A stretch of 64,000 nucleotides of DNA from Chrysomallon squamiferum (taxonomy: Eukaryota > Animalia > Mollusca), in contig CM022665.1 of the NCBI GenBank assembly GCA_012295275.1, positions 31,000,001-31,064,000 of the forward strand. Reading direction: 5' to 3'. Below the pieces are notes generated by a model, which worked only from the letters and a program-made list of their open reading frames with translations, ran no database searches and was not told where the DNA came from. The translations under genes were made by a program, and so were the position numbers. This document shows positions 27,701-42,700 of this stretch, piece after piece (within the stretch, counting starts at the first letter, position 1; the number at the start of each line of letters is the position of its first letter).

Positions 27701-30700
27701 ATTCTTGCGATAAAGGGCAAATTAAGAATCGTAAACATAACAAACTATACTACATAACAGAACAATGTGTTCAGAGGTATCAATGGAATGCTGAATAAAA
27801 ATCAAATCACTTTTTTAAAATATAAAATCATAAATTGATCAGTTCTAAAACATTATTTTTGTTTGTTGATAAGCTCTATCACAGAAAATTACAACAATTA
27901 TTAGATGATACATAACTTTGGTTTGCTGTCAAATCACAGCAAGTTAGGAGCTAAGAAAATTCTTTTATGTTTGCTTCAGATGACAGACTTAAAACACCTG
28001 TGTCTTTTATTGTCTCTAGTCTCATGATTACATATATTTTATTGTCCCTAATTAATACCTGCAACACCTTTCTGGAGTTGACTCCAAGGATTAGCTGAGT
28101 ATTGCAAAGGATTATGGTTAAACATCAAATGCTTGTAGTCCTTTTATGTAACAGTTATATATATGTGATATATACACATCACATTATCTTAACTTATTAC
28201 TACTAATTATTTAATAGAGTGAAAATTCAAGCTGCTTATGTAACTAAAGTTGTGCTGTTAAAAAACTGAAAAGGTAATTTTTTTTATGGGCTTGGTTCAA
28301 GTATGTCATTTGAAAGATCTTGATAGATTGTTCACAGCACAGTTTGAATTTGTCAGATAAGTCAAAAACTGAAACAACAGTGTCTGTTTGCACTTTTAGT
28401 CATTCTGCCATGTGTCATTTTGAAGATTTTGGCATGTTTAGCATGTTATTGTGAACACACATACAAACATACAGGTCTGGAAAAAAATTGAGCTCATTTA
28501 GCAAGTTGGTCTCATCACTCTTGTTGATATTCAGCCTTTTGTGTCAATTACTTTTCAAACTACAGTTGGCCAAAGTAGCCCTTTCTGCTAAGTAGCCAAA
28601 ATAGGGCTGAAAACCAATCAAATACCTGTCACACTGATTTGCATATATCTTCCGAACTGCTGGAGATAGAGTCATATTTATTTTATTTTTTTCATTCTTT
28701 TTGCTACATTATGTGAAATTAAAATCAGAAAACATTTGCCTGCTGGTACCTAGTTTAACAGAATACTTTGATGTGAAAATGCAAGAGAAAATCAAGTGAA
28801 GTTTGATGTGATTAATTTGTTAGACAGAAACATGTCACACTTTTGCTTAATTGTTTATAAAATAATTACAGACTAGCAATATAAGATATTCTTAGTAAAC
28901 ATAATAGGATCTTTCTCATTACATTTAAATTATTTCAGGTGAAAGATGTTTTAATTACTGCTCTGATACGCATTTCACATCATTTGAAACTGGTGAGGTG
29001 CTCATTGCCAAAATCATGTTCATGTAATTTTCTGTTACCTTGTTTCAGTGGTTAAACAAGGCTAAAAGTCCTTCTCCAGAAATGACAGCCTCTTGGGAAC
29101 AAATTCACACCCTTAAAAGTCGTCTGTATGATATGCTTGACTCAGAAAATGATGGGTAAGAAACCAGTTGAAAGATGTTATATTCTAAAACAAACATTTA
29201 TTTTAGCAATAATTTAAAAAAAATATATATTATTATTTAAATTTTGTTGTTGTACTGACAGATAATCAGTTTATAATACTGTGATCATGTAATGACAGAA
29301 TATAATTATTAATGTTTCTGGCAACCACGTATATAAGAGGTGAATAAAATGTGTCATTCTAATTACAATAACTTAATGCCAACTAATGTTAAAACTATCT
29401 CCATCAGCGCAGAATTTACATTTCAAAAATACATATATCAGCACATTTTTTTCTTTTCTATTTTAGAATACGAACACATGTTGTTAAATTTCTGGAAAGT
29501 TTAGCTTTGGTATTGACCAAAAAATCACCAGTAAGTAATTTTCTTGTAGTAAAATGGCCAAATTAAACCTTTCTATCTGGTATGCCTTGTCAATATTTTT
29601 AATGTATTAACATTCATTTAATTATTCTTTTTTTTTTCTTCACAGTTACTTTTGCTAATAAGAGATATTTTTGCTTGGACTAAAAATGTTTATCCATTGA
29701 AGTGTAATAAAGGTTGATAAAAAATATGAAGAAAAAGTTAAAAACTTACTTAAACAAATGTTGACCAAACACATGTCGTAATCTTTTTTGAATGGCAGGT
29801 GGACAAATATTTATCATTATGTTGGATAATGTTAAAAAAAATAAAAATAAATGCAGATACTGAAAACACTGAATATCCAAAAACAGAACCAAAAAATTAG
29901 TCACATTTTAATTCATAACTGTTCATATTTAATTCTAAGTTTTGTTTTTGAGATTTACAAAAACATTTTAAAGGTATTTTGCATGTTATTATTATTTATA
30001 TATTTTTTACATGTATTGCAGGACTCTGAAATTCCCAAGAAACAAGACAATGACTTTTCTCTTGACTTGGTAGCTGAGGGTCGACATTACCTCAAATTAA
30101 AGAAACTTGAAGATCAAGGACGAAAAACATTTGAGACTCTGATTAAATTTCAGTCATCACCACATATTTCAAGGTAATGTAATTTTTTTTATTTCTGCCA
30201 GCCAAGTTGCATTTACAGCTGAAAAAATTGTTATCAGATATTTATTTTTTTTTTTTTTTTTTTGAAATATTTTAAGCAAATTGTCTGTCGCTTACAGTAT
30301 ACATGAAAATTGCTGTTAATTATTTTTAATTGTTTATTTCAGCATCAACCTGATGACTGTAATGGGTGCTTTGACAAACATAGCTAAACAAAGACCAGTT
30401 TATTTTGATCAGGTTGTCCAAGGCTTTGAGGCACTCCATGGTGAGATACTGATAGCTATAACATTTCTTTTTACTGTTTTAATTATTTTCAGTTTGTACT
30501 AATGGGTAAAATTTTCATTTAGAAAATATATTTTTTAATATTTGTTTTAAATTCTGGGGTAACATTATTACTTGAATCTACTAAAATTAATAAAAACCAC
30601 TAAACATGATGTAGAGGAATATTATGAATATTTTTAATTATGATTTTTATATATGTTGACACTGAGTAAAACTGAATTTGTTTCCAGTAAACCTGCCTCC

Positions 30701-33700
30701 AACACTATCAAAGTCACAAGTAAGTAGTGTGAGGAAAAACTTAAAGATGCAGATGATGTCACTGTTGAAACATCCTGCCTCTGTGGACTACCTCACTCAG
30801 ATTACAACTCTACTCACAGATCTGGGAGCCAGTCAGTCAGAGGTAAGAGCACCAGTAATCATGTATGTGTCTGTTATTGTCTGTCTCTGTGGTTTCATGG
30901 GCATGTTATTAAATTAATAAATCAGAGTTTTCATTCCAATTTAGTTCGGTATTGGTATCATTAAATATCCTTTACTGTAAGAGAAGCTTTTGTTTTCTTC
31001 AGTTTTTTTGAAAATTTATTACTGAAATAAAATGACTAATTTTTAAACTAAGTAAATGGTAAATTTTAAATTGTTAATTTACAATATTTTATCAGATAAA
31101 CAAGAACATGCCAAAAATAGAAGAATCTAGAAAACGAAAACAGGTTGAAGAACCATCAACTTCTGCAGCCAACAAAAAAGCAAAGGTATGTATCATTTCT
31201 CATCTTTCTTAGAAAATAAATTAAAAGAATATTTAATTTTTCTTTGATTCAAAATTGTCAGACATAAAATACTTTGGTATTGAAGGAACTACGAAGTTTG
31301 AATCAATGGATATCCGTAATTATTTCAGTAATAATAACATATATTAAAATATAATTAATTTTCAATAATAAAAAAAATTATTTAATGATAAGTAACTAAC
31401 TTACCTTTACTGACATTATTTTAGCCTAATTAAATATTCTTACTGAGAGGTAAACTTAAGTTTATTTTTGTAAAGGTTATGTTTCTGCAGTATAAACATA
31501 TGCAAGATTAGTTAGTGGTAAATAGCCATTTAAGTAGTAAATTCTTAGTAATAAAAATCTTTTATTTGGATAGTTTACAAATACATCTCTATTCCTTTTC
31601 TTTAAAGAAAACAAATTAAACCATTTTTCCATCATTTAGGTGGAGATAATAGATGATGATGATAAAGAAGATGATGATGTAGGTGATGCTGCTAGGACTG
31701 ACAAATCTAAGCCAACAGGATCTCAGAAACAGACAGCTATAGACATTACAGCTGAAGATTTGCTCCCTAGACTTAGTCCACAGCATGTTGCTGATCTTGT
31801 GTTGTTAAGTATGGTAAGTGGATTGTGACATTCATTATTTACGATGCAATATGTTAGATGTAGTCAGGCCTAGTCCATTTTCTAGAAGTTAGCATGTTTT
31901 TTTAACTGTTAAATAACATCAGCAAAGATCTTGTGTTGTATATGGTTCTATAAACATGTAAATAAAACACAGAAAAAACTAAATTTTATGTAACATCTGT
32001 TTCTAAATTACTAAAAGATTTGTTGTATTTAAAAAACTTCATGGTCATATTTAAATTTTAGCCAGTGATGTTTTTTAAAGATTTTTTATTTTATTATAAA
32101 TATTTCTATTAATATACTTCTAGCAGAACATAAAGACAGCCACCCAAGTTTTAAACATCTGTACTTCTAATATATATATATATATTAATGTTTCTTTTTT
32201 TATCTTTTTATATTTACCTCGTCAGGTAATGCTGCCAGATACAATGCCAGCACATTTTCAATCTACATATACTCCTATAGCAGCTGCAGGCACAGAGGCC
32301 CAAGTAAAGCACATGGCACGACTGTTAGCAACACAGTTAACAGTGGCTGGCATGGGTAAAGGACTAGGAGAATTAATGAAAACAGTAAGTGGTTTTTAAT
32401 TATATCTTGGTGTTAGCAGTTTCTTAATATCTAATTTGTTTTTCAGCTTGTATTTTTAAAAAGCTGAAAACATACACTAAAATTGAGTTACCTGCTTTCT
32501 TATTATGAAAAATGTGCAATTATCTTTGAGAGCTGGCATTACTGTCAAAATTTGTGCTTAATTTTTATAGTTTGAGCAAGTTTGAGCTGCGGAATATTGA
32601 TACATTAAAGTAATGTGAAAATAAATTTTTGTTTATTTAGGCTATGGAGACCCCAGCAGAAGAAACAGGAGCAACTCCTACAAGTGGTCAACCAACATCA
32701 CCAAAACATATTATTCAGACTTTAGTAGGCTAGTATTTTTATTTGGCTTTATATTTTAAATATTGGGAAACACAAAATAAACTCTGTAAATGTCTTAGAC
32801 ACTAATCTATGTCCAACTGTGTACTGGCAGATGTTTAATTCATGTAATAATAAATTAGAATTGATGTCATTTTCTCTTTTTCATTTTAAATTTACTCTTT
32901 GTTGCAGGTGGCACAGTTGAACAGTTTGAATCTGAATCTGACTTTAAGAAACCAGATATGCCAGTTACTGCAGCAGTAAGAACATTTTGAATTCCAAAAT
33001 CTAAATTCTTTTCTGTTACTCTTTAGATAATTACTTTTAAGTGTTTGTTTGAAGAACTAAAAATTGGTGTTATTTATTTAAGTATATTGTTGGTACAGAA
33101 TAAGGACTTCAGTATTTCCATTCTGCCCAGTGTATCCACGTTTGGGTATTTTAATTTTTAATTTTGTTAATGAAGGTTTACAGTAGCACATTACCAAGTT
33201 AAGTATTTTATACATTTTTAATTTTTAGATATATTAAAACACATGTTAGAAACATACATACTAATAAATAACATTGAATGGATGTTTAGGTGCCTCCAAG
33301 GAAAGGTGTTATTCGACAGTTTAAGCTGTCTGGTGTAACCAGACCTCTTGAAGAGGAACAGTTGAATGAGATGACCATTTCAACTGTTAAAAGAATATTC
33401 CATTCAGACAGTGAGTATAGTTTTTAATAGATATTCACAGATAGATAGATAGATAAATCAAAATCAAAAATGCAATAGAAAAAAGACCATACAGATTCTA
33501 AAATAATTAATAGCATTTTTTATATATCTACTTATCATTTATTATGATTTTAACTCTGAGGAATGGGGATTTTAAAAAAAATAAAAAAGAAGAAAAAAAA
33601 ATCTATGTGTTTTGTGTATGTTCTTTATCTTCAATTCAATAGTTTAGTTTTGTAAAAATATTAAATATATATTTTGTTTTTCTAATATAGAAATTGCTAC

Positions 33701-36700
33701 ACTGGGCAATGTACCAGGTGCTAGAGTGAAAATTCTTTCCAGTCTGACAGCACAGTTTGGTGGAGAACTTAAAAGTGGTGAGTTTATTACTGCCTCCATT
33801 AAGATATCCTTTACTTTACAGCTTAATTACATATAATTTTACAGCATTATTTTATAATAATGTGTATAATGTCATTTTTTTTAGTTTATTTTTATTTTTT
33901 TGTTTTTGTGGTTATATCGATAAATATGAATATTGTATCAAGTAATATTATGTTGTTAGTGTGATGAAAAATTATTACATCGTAAACTCATAATTTTTAA
34001 ATATAATTATATTTTATTATATTGTTGACTAAAACACAAATATTTATTTGAGGAATTTTGTGTCGCATTTATGTACATAGTATTTTACTGAGTTACCATT
34101 TTACTTTATAGTAATGTTGCAGTACATCATGGAAGACTTGCGATCTAGAGTAGATTTGGCATTTTCCTGGTTGTATCAGGAATATGCTAATTGCCAGGGA
34201 TTCAATAGAGCCATGGCTGTAGGAGACAAACCAAGCATGGCAAGTTATGATGAGTGTCTTACTTCACTTTTACAGGGAATTATGGAAGGACCAGATCACA
34301 GGGATTGGTAAATAACTCATATTAATTTAGATCTCCATAAATTTTAAAATAAAACTAGATGTATTCATCCTTTGTACCATTGTGCACAAATTGGTTTAAT
34401 TAACTATCTAACTTCGTCATCAATTATCTTAAACATATTTTGCATTCTACTAGAATTTATTTTGTTACATTACTGCATTTGCTAATCAGATACTAATTAC
34501 TAATTTTATTGTCATTGTAAAGAGTTTTGCTTGTGCTAACTTTTTCAGGTTGTTTGGTCGATTGATTTTAGAAGCACCAATTATGACAGAAAATGCAATT
34601 TTAATCTTGCGAAGATTTTGCCTGGATGAGGTAAGATATGGTTTTTTTTATATTAAAATATGTTTATAAGGAGGCAAGTGTTTAAATTTTTGATTTTCAT
34701 GAATATGTATCCAGTAAAAAAAAAAAAATTAGAATGTCACTTTGTTTAACGTTGCAATAGTTTAAATGTATCTAAAATGTTACAATGGTTTAAATGTATC
34801 TAAAATGTTACAATGGTTTAAATATATCTAAAATGTTACAATGGTTCAAATGTATCTAAAATGTTACAATGTTATTAAAACAGTAAGACACAAATGTTTC
34901 TGCTATATATGTTAACTTACAACAGTAATCTTTCAAAACAGAATCGTGTACTGTATGGCATGGAGACACTGAAACAGTTGATTCTTATGCGACCATCTCA
35001 CAGACTAGAGTTTCTTGATGTTCTTTTAGACTTCACATCTAATGAAATTGCAGAGGTTGGTGAAACACAACAAATTATTAATTTGTCTGGGGAAAAAAAT
35101 ATATATATTTATTCAAGCAGTTTTAAAAAGCGATTTATATTTTTTTATTATCAATGTTTAAAATGATTATTGCATCAATATATAGTTAATTATTAATTCA
35201 CCACAAATTTATATTATAAACTGTTCATATGAGTTTTTGAAACTTGTCACAATGTTTTATACGACCTTAAAAGTTTTGGGAAATCAGGTTTTGTTACCTT
35301 GGCTGTGGAAAAGTTAAGGAAATTCATGTCCTTGCCATAAATAAAATGTAAGAAAAACTGGTTTGTTTCACCAGTATTTAGCCCTGTCCCCACACCCCGT
35401 TTTAGCCAAAATAATGAGGTGCTGTTATAGCCTAGCCAAAGAAAATGATTCTGAAAGATTAACTCAGGCTATCTGCGCTTGTGGGGAGATGCATATTGTA
35501 AAAATAACTCTATTTCATTTCCTGTATTCCAGGTTTTTAAATCTGTTTAATTATCAAAAATAAGTGATACTTGTTGCAAACTTCTGTCTTACTGGCAGAG
35601 TAGACTTGTTGCGATAGCTCTAAGTGGTCAGTGTAATAGATTACAACACTGATAAGTGTATATCGTTGCATTATCATACTTTCAGTATCATCATGCACGC
35701 AGTGTCATGCCACATAATTAATTAATTAATGCATCGACAATCAGCTGTTCCAACCAGTTTAAATTTCTAAATGCAATAACACATTTTCTTACAGGGCTAC
35801 TTATTAAAGATATTAAATGTCTCCGTCACAATTAGCTTATCTAATTCTTAAAGGTTACATAATAAAGAAGAGAATGTCGTCTCCGTCACAACAGTCTAGC
35901 ATTACAAGGAGGTTGGTGGGTGTTTAATTTTGACATAAATAGCATTGTGTAATATTTGAATGGCCCCTTAGTGTTAGTTTTATTTTTTCATTTTAGGGTT
36001 AGGGTTTAGGGCAATGAATAGAGGGGAAAACATCTCATTGTACTCAGTGTAATGAATTAGAGACAATGTGAAGTGGCAGACTCTGCTTAGAATAAAGGAA
36101 ATCTCATTGATTTGACTAAATCTAATAGTTTTAGGAAGTTTGTGAAACCAAAAAAACCAAAAAAAAACCTTGAAATTGAAGTCATAAATTGTGAAATAAT
36201 AAAACTGAGAGAAACATTCATCTAATTATTCACACCATAGACCCACAAGTAGTAGGATTGGGGGCATTTTAAAGGTATGGAAAGGAACACGACAACGTTT
36301 TGTGAAGCAGTACTTCTATGTTCATATTTCTGGTAATCTGCCTTATGTGTCATCACAGTCATGTCCACTCCAAGAATAAAACTACATTTTAAAACGCCAA
36401 AATAAATTACATTATTTTTTTTTATTACTAATAATCCTACATGTATTTCATGCAGCTTCATCAAGGCAAAAGTTTTAACTCTGACAAATGTCTAAAAAAA
36501 TGTTAAGGAAATTTTGACAGCACAAGGTGTATCAACCCTGTATAGATAAAATAACATAAATGTATAAACCAAGCAGAAGCAGAATACTGAATAAAATAAA
36601 TAAATTTGGAAGAATTAAATATATCTCCTATAAACAGTAATAATTAGACATAAAAGAAATGAACAATTTTTTTTTTTCTGTTGACAGGTTCGAAACACTG

Positions 36701-39700
36701 CAGTGAATTTGGCAAAAACACTTCATCAGGATGTTAAACTCCAGTCTCCTATAGAGGTAAGCTTCATTTTGTAGATAAAACATTTATTTGTATCTCCATG
36801 AAAAAGAGTTACAGATCAAGTAAAGAAATTTTTGTATGATACAGAGGAAATAAATCTAAACTCTTTCACATAGAAGTTATTACTATTATATATTTTAGCT
36901 GTATGCACTGGATCACTTGAGAAAATTGTTGTTGCCAAAACCTCCTGTGGAGACCCAGCCTAAAACTGTGCTAATGCTGAAAGCAGGTCAATATAATTTA
37001 TTTTAACTGTTACTTAATTAACTAATAACTTGTTTCACTTTTATTACTAATGTTTATTTTGAATCTTTATATTTTTTATTTTTTTTATTTCCAAGTATTT
37101 AATTTACTGGATTGTTTCCTGTTGATTTGTACTTTGTCAATTACAAAACTCCAGATTTCCTTTGTGTCATGGTGAAATAGTCAGATAATTAAAATAACGT
37201 AGCACTTTCTTACTTTTCTAAGGGTAAATCTATTTCAAGAATGTGCAGGATCCATAGATATATAGTATATAGTATGTTTTGTAAGCATGAACAAATATAA
37301 AGATTGACTTACTACATTCTAACCATAGGACTATTTGAAATTTGATAATGTCTAAATATATTTTGTTTTGAAAGTCTTTTCCCATTTTTGATTTTATTGA
37401 TCATAAGGTGGATATATTTTTTATACTGTATTTATTTCACAGAGCCAGCTTGGAATGAAGAATCTATCAAAAAACATCTTTATCTCTATCTGGGATTATT
37501 GCCAAACAATCACAAACTAATTCATGAGTAAGTATATTAAACATATTTCACAAAAATAAATTATTTTAATTTTATTTATGAGCTCATATAGGCATTTTTT
37601 ATATATGTATTTTGTAATACATGCATTATTATGAATAACAGTCAGAGAATACAAAATTATTCATAACATATTTATGATATAGAATTGAAATCAATCTTCT
37701 TTGTTTCAGACTGGCTAATGTTTATACTGCCACCTCAGCAGACATAAAACGAAGCATTCTCCGAGTTCTGGAAGTTCCGGTCAGTTAATGTTTCATTTAA
37801 CATTTATCACAACACTTTCTAATCAGTTCCCAATATTTTCATCTTTTTTTTATCTTTTCTTTTTTCTGATTATAAGGATGATAATATTTTATATCACATG
37901 AATTTTTATTCCATGAAAATAAAACTGTAAATGATGTGTTTTGATAATAGGACTATTTTATTAAAATGAATTTTACTTACTGTTTGTTTTTTCTATGAAT
38001 AGGTTAAAGGGATGGGGATGCAGTCACCCGAGTTACTTCGTCTTGTTGAAAATTGTCCTAAAGGAGCAGAGACACTAGTGATGAGAGTAATTCACATTCT
38101 CACTGACAAAGGTATTAATTCAGATACTTAGACATGTGTTTCATTTATTTTAAACGAGAAAAAATAAATGTATTGTTTTTTTTAAAAAAACCTATTAATT
38201 TGTTTTCAATAATATTATTAAAAAATAAAAGGATGGTATTTATTTTTGTTCAAAAAAAAAACTAAATTTATTTGTTTTTAAGACAATCAGACTTTTCTTT
38301 TATTGCTTTTTTTCAAGTTTAAATTTTTTTTTTTTTTTTAATTTTTACACATGATAATGCTTGTTATAACTTGCTGTTAATAGCAGTTAATAATGTTTTT
38401 CTTTCAGCTGTTCCCTCACCAGAGCTTGTAGAAAGAATTCGAGATCTCTATCACAAGAGAGTTCCTGATGTCCGCTTCCTTATTCCAGTCCTCACTGGCT
38501 TGAATAAGGTGTGTAAATCTCAATTAAAATAATCTTACTATTTTTTATTTTAATAATGTTTTGTTGTAATAGATTCTCATTATTTTTTAAATGTTTATCT
38601 GTAACATTTAAAGTATTTAAGCTATTTAAACAAGATCTATAATAGCATAAAATAATTGTATCTCTTACAGTTAATTTTTAATATTTCTGACTCAATAAAC
38701 TGAAAGAAGATTATATATAATATTTATTTTGTTTTTGTGTTTTTCCTATTTTAAATATTTTTAAAAACATATTTCAGAAAGAGGTTACTGCTGCATTACC
38801 AAAACTTATCAAACTGAACCCAATGGTTGTCAAAGAAGTTTTCAACAGACTTATGGGTGGACACAGTATGTCTACATTTTTTTAAACACATTTGTATTAA
38901 TTATGATGCAACGGTACACTTTCTATCTTCTTCGAAGTCATATATTAACTGTTTTGTAATTATTGCAGAAAAAAACTGTTTGGTATTTAATTTATGAAAA
39001 CTACCAAATAATTTAAATTTTTGACTCAGAGTTTGTTACACAGATTCTGTTTGTCTATATATAAAATTGTTTTTATCCCATTAATTAATTTTAAGTGTAT
39101 CTCCACTGAAAAGAGAATATGTTGGCCTTCTCTTTGTTTGTTAAATTGTTAAAAGTGATTTGTTAAGATTGTGAACCAAAATTCTGTAATAGATACATGT
39201 TAATGTTTGTTTCTGAATATTTTAGGTGACAGCACAGCCACTTACACATCCCCACTAACTCCAGCTGAACTTCTTGTTTCTCTTCACAACATTGATCCAG
39301 CCAAATGTGACATGAAAACTATCATTAAAGGTAATTTGCTGTTTGTATCATTACACCATCTAATCACAAAAATTAATATTGAAAAAATATGTATATATTC
39401 TATTTATCTTCTCTATATCTGTATTTAAATATATTTCAAGAATATAGATTAGAGGTAATTACAAGTTTAGTATTTGTGACTGGTATCAAGTAAATCAGTG
39501 AAATCATCATAAGAGCATCTAGACTTTAATTAATAATTGTAAAAGAAAAGCATACTGTTAGAAAATATTTTACAAATACTGTTTGATACGTGACAGTATA
39601 TTTTTCAACTCAGTAATCATTAAAATTAACAATGGGAAGATATTTCATGTTATTTGAACTTTTTTCTCAGCTGCCAATCTATGTTTTGCTGAGAGAAGTA

Positions 39701-42700
39701 TTTACACACAGGAAGTGTTGGCCATTGTGATGCAACAGCTGATGGAACACAATCCTCTGCCAACATTGTTAATGCGAACTGTGTTGCAGTCATTGTCCAT
39801 GTATCCTCGACTCATTGGCTTTGTGCTCAACATTCTACAAAGACTAATTAAAAAGCAGGTTAGATCATTATACAATATACACCATAAATTAGAAATTACT
39901 GGCCAGAATAAAATATTGATGTATTTAGTAATGTCATGCTGAATTCTAAACATTTATGATGCTAAATATGAAAGGTTTGGTTAAAACAAAAATCATAAAA
40001 CCTGAAACTATTACTGGTGATCACTGATCAGCTCTACTGCACAAACAGTTCCAATTTTTAATCCAGTATCATCAAAAACAGATATTTTAAAGTTTGTCAA
40101 AACTTTAAAATTATCAGTTTGTATGTAATGGTTTTAAAAGCAAGTAGTTTTAAAACATCTGAAATTAAGTTAGAAGGTGAGCAGCAATACACGAATGTTT
40201 GAATTTCTTACATAGCAACAGTATTTTTTCTATGCAGTGCATTATTTTCACTGAATTTGTTTTGGTTACCAATAATAATTTTTAGTATTTCCAATATTTT
40301 CTAATTCATATTAATCATATTATGTATTCCTTTATAATTAATAAGTTTATCAAATGGATAAATTACTGTGAACATATATTGTCCACTTCAGTTGACTCAT
40401 TCAGGCAAAAGGTTTGCGAAGGATTCATCAGAGGCTGTAGATGTCCAAATTGCAGTCTTTCCTGCTTGGGCTATAATTTACAGATACTAATTAAAACATT
40501 TTGCCAATTAGCAGACTATACAGAGCACATCAGTAATACTACAAGACAAAACCAATCAAGCTAACAATTGTTTAATTTATAACATAAATAAATATCAGTC
40601 TTAATTTATAATTAGTAGCTGTTTAAAATTAATTAATTTTTCTTTTTCAGGTCTGGAAACAGAAAAAAGTATGGGAAGGATTTGTCAAATGCTGCCAGCG
40701 GACCAAACCTCAGTCATTCCAAGTTTTGCTCCAGCTTCCTCTGCCTCAGTTAAAAAATGCCTTTGAGATAAGTCCAGAGCTTAGAGAACCTCTTCTAAAT
40801 CATGTCCAGGCTCTTACTGATGCCCAGGTGAGCTATTAATCACATTTAATCATATTTCTTTCTCTTTTTGAAACAAGTATTACCAGGCACATTTTGGATG
40901 GAATATGATAAAAAATATCCAGTTCAATTCAGGTTTGAAATAATTATTAAAATTTATTTAAAACATCAGTTCACTTTTCAAATAAATAGAGGAATAAACA
41001 TAATGGGGACACATTTTGCTTTCAAAATTTGTTTTGTAGATCAGCAGTGCACAATTATTTCAATACAGCTCATTCCAGCTGATATAATAAAGGTCATGGT
41101 ATGTACTATCCTATTTATGAGATATACAGCATCTAAATTTGTCTTAATTTTATTTTAAATATTTTTTTCAGAAAGCTCACATACCAAAAGAAATGATGAA
41201 AATACTAGAAACAGATACACCTGAAGAACGAACTAAAATGGAAGTAGCCAAGCTTGAAAGTGAAAGACTAGAGAAGGAAAATCCTGGTTTAGCACCTGGG
41301 AATGAAGATCAGATAAGAATAGAAAGAGAGAGACTTGCTAAAGAATGGATGGTAAAGCAAGAAGCTGAGAAAATAAAAGTAGAAAAGGAACTCTTGGATA
41401 GAGAAAGACTGCAAAGAGAAAAACTAGAAAAAGAAAAATTGGAAGAAAAGGAGAAACACTACAAAGAGCGTGAGAGAGAACGAGAAAGGGAAAAAGAACG
41501 TGAAAAGGAAAAAGAACGAGAAAGGGAAAAAGAACGAGAAAGAGAACGTAAAAGGGAATATGATAAAGAACGTGAGAGAGAAAGAGGAAGAGAACGAGAC
41601 AGAGAAAGAGAAAGAGAACGTGATAGAGAAAGAGATCGTGAAAGAGACAGAGAACGTGATAGAGAAAGAGAAAGGGAACGAGACAGAGAGCGTGAAAGAG
41701 ATAAAGAACGTGATAGGGAAAGAGAAAGGGAACGTGAGAGAGATCGAGATCGTGGAAAAGATTATGAAAGAGAAAGGTACACCAGACAAGAAATGGACAA
41801 AAGGGGAAAAGATGATTTGAAAAAAGAAAATGAAGAAGATTTGAAAAGAAAAGAAGAAGGAGCAACTAAATCAGAAATTTCCTCTGTAGAAGAAGAACCA
41901 CTGGGAAAGTTACAGATGGCAGAAGAGCCTGAAAGATTTGAAGGAAAACAGGATCTTAAACAGGAGAAAACAGAAGTTGAACACATAATGGAACCAACAG
42001 TATATGACAAAACTATGAAAACAGAACAGCCAAAACGAACTAGTGCTAGAGTGGAGAAGAAAAAGATGGAAGAAGAACAAGCAAATATATTGGCTGCAGA
42101 ACAGGCAAGTTAAATATTATTTTTAATATCTTCAGTAGAAAGCCATAGGTTTGTGATGTGTGCCCTAAGACATGCTGAAAAAGTTAAACAATTGGTTTTT
42201 ATGTTGTGAGTGTGCCAAATCCATTTTCTGGTTTGTTATTATTTGTGATTAAGATATGAAAACATGCAGCCAGTGAGTTCCAAAATAACTATTTTATTAT
42301 TTCCATGCCCAGAAACAAAATGGATGTCAGTATAATATACTATAAAATGTGTCACTTATATTTCTTCAAATATGAACCCATGAGTATTTTATATACCTTA
42401 ATAATATTGAATGGTGCATTTTATGCGAGGGGAAATAGTCTGTTGCATACATAAAATCCTAACATCAGAAATAGTTTATCAGTTGTCCTGGATGCTGCAT
42501 ATACTTACTTTTAGCTTGGAATTCAAGATCCATAACACTGATTATTTCATTCAAAAATAATGTATGCAAAAGATAATCTCAGTACTCAGTTAAGTTTATT
42601 CATATTGAAATTCTATTATTTTTAATTTCCAGACTGAATCAACTGCTATGGATACTACTGCAAACTCAGATGATGAGGCTCTAGAGATTGTTGCATCAAC

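Noticed and set aside
35993-36011. TTAGGG-like repeats
   Set aside because: Only about three imperfect units inside an intron; more likely a fragment of an interspersed repeat than telomeric sequence.
41338-42010. Antisense and alternative-frame ORFs over symplekin exon 31
   Set aside because: By-products of the purine-rich RE/RD coding repeat, which lacks stops in several frames.
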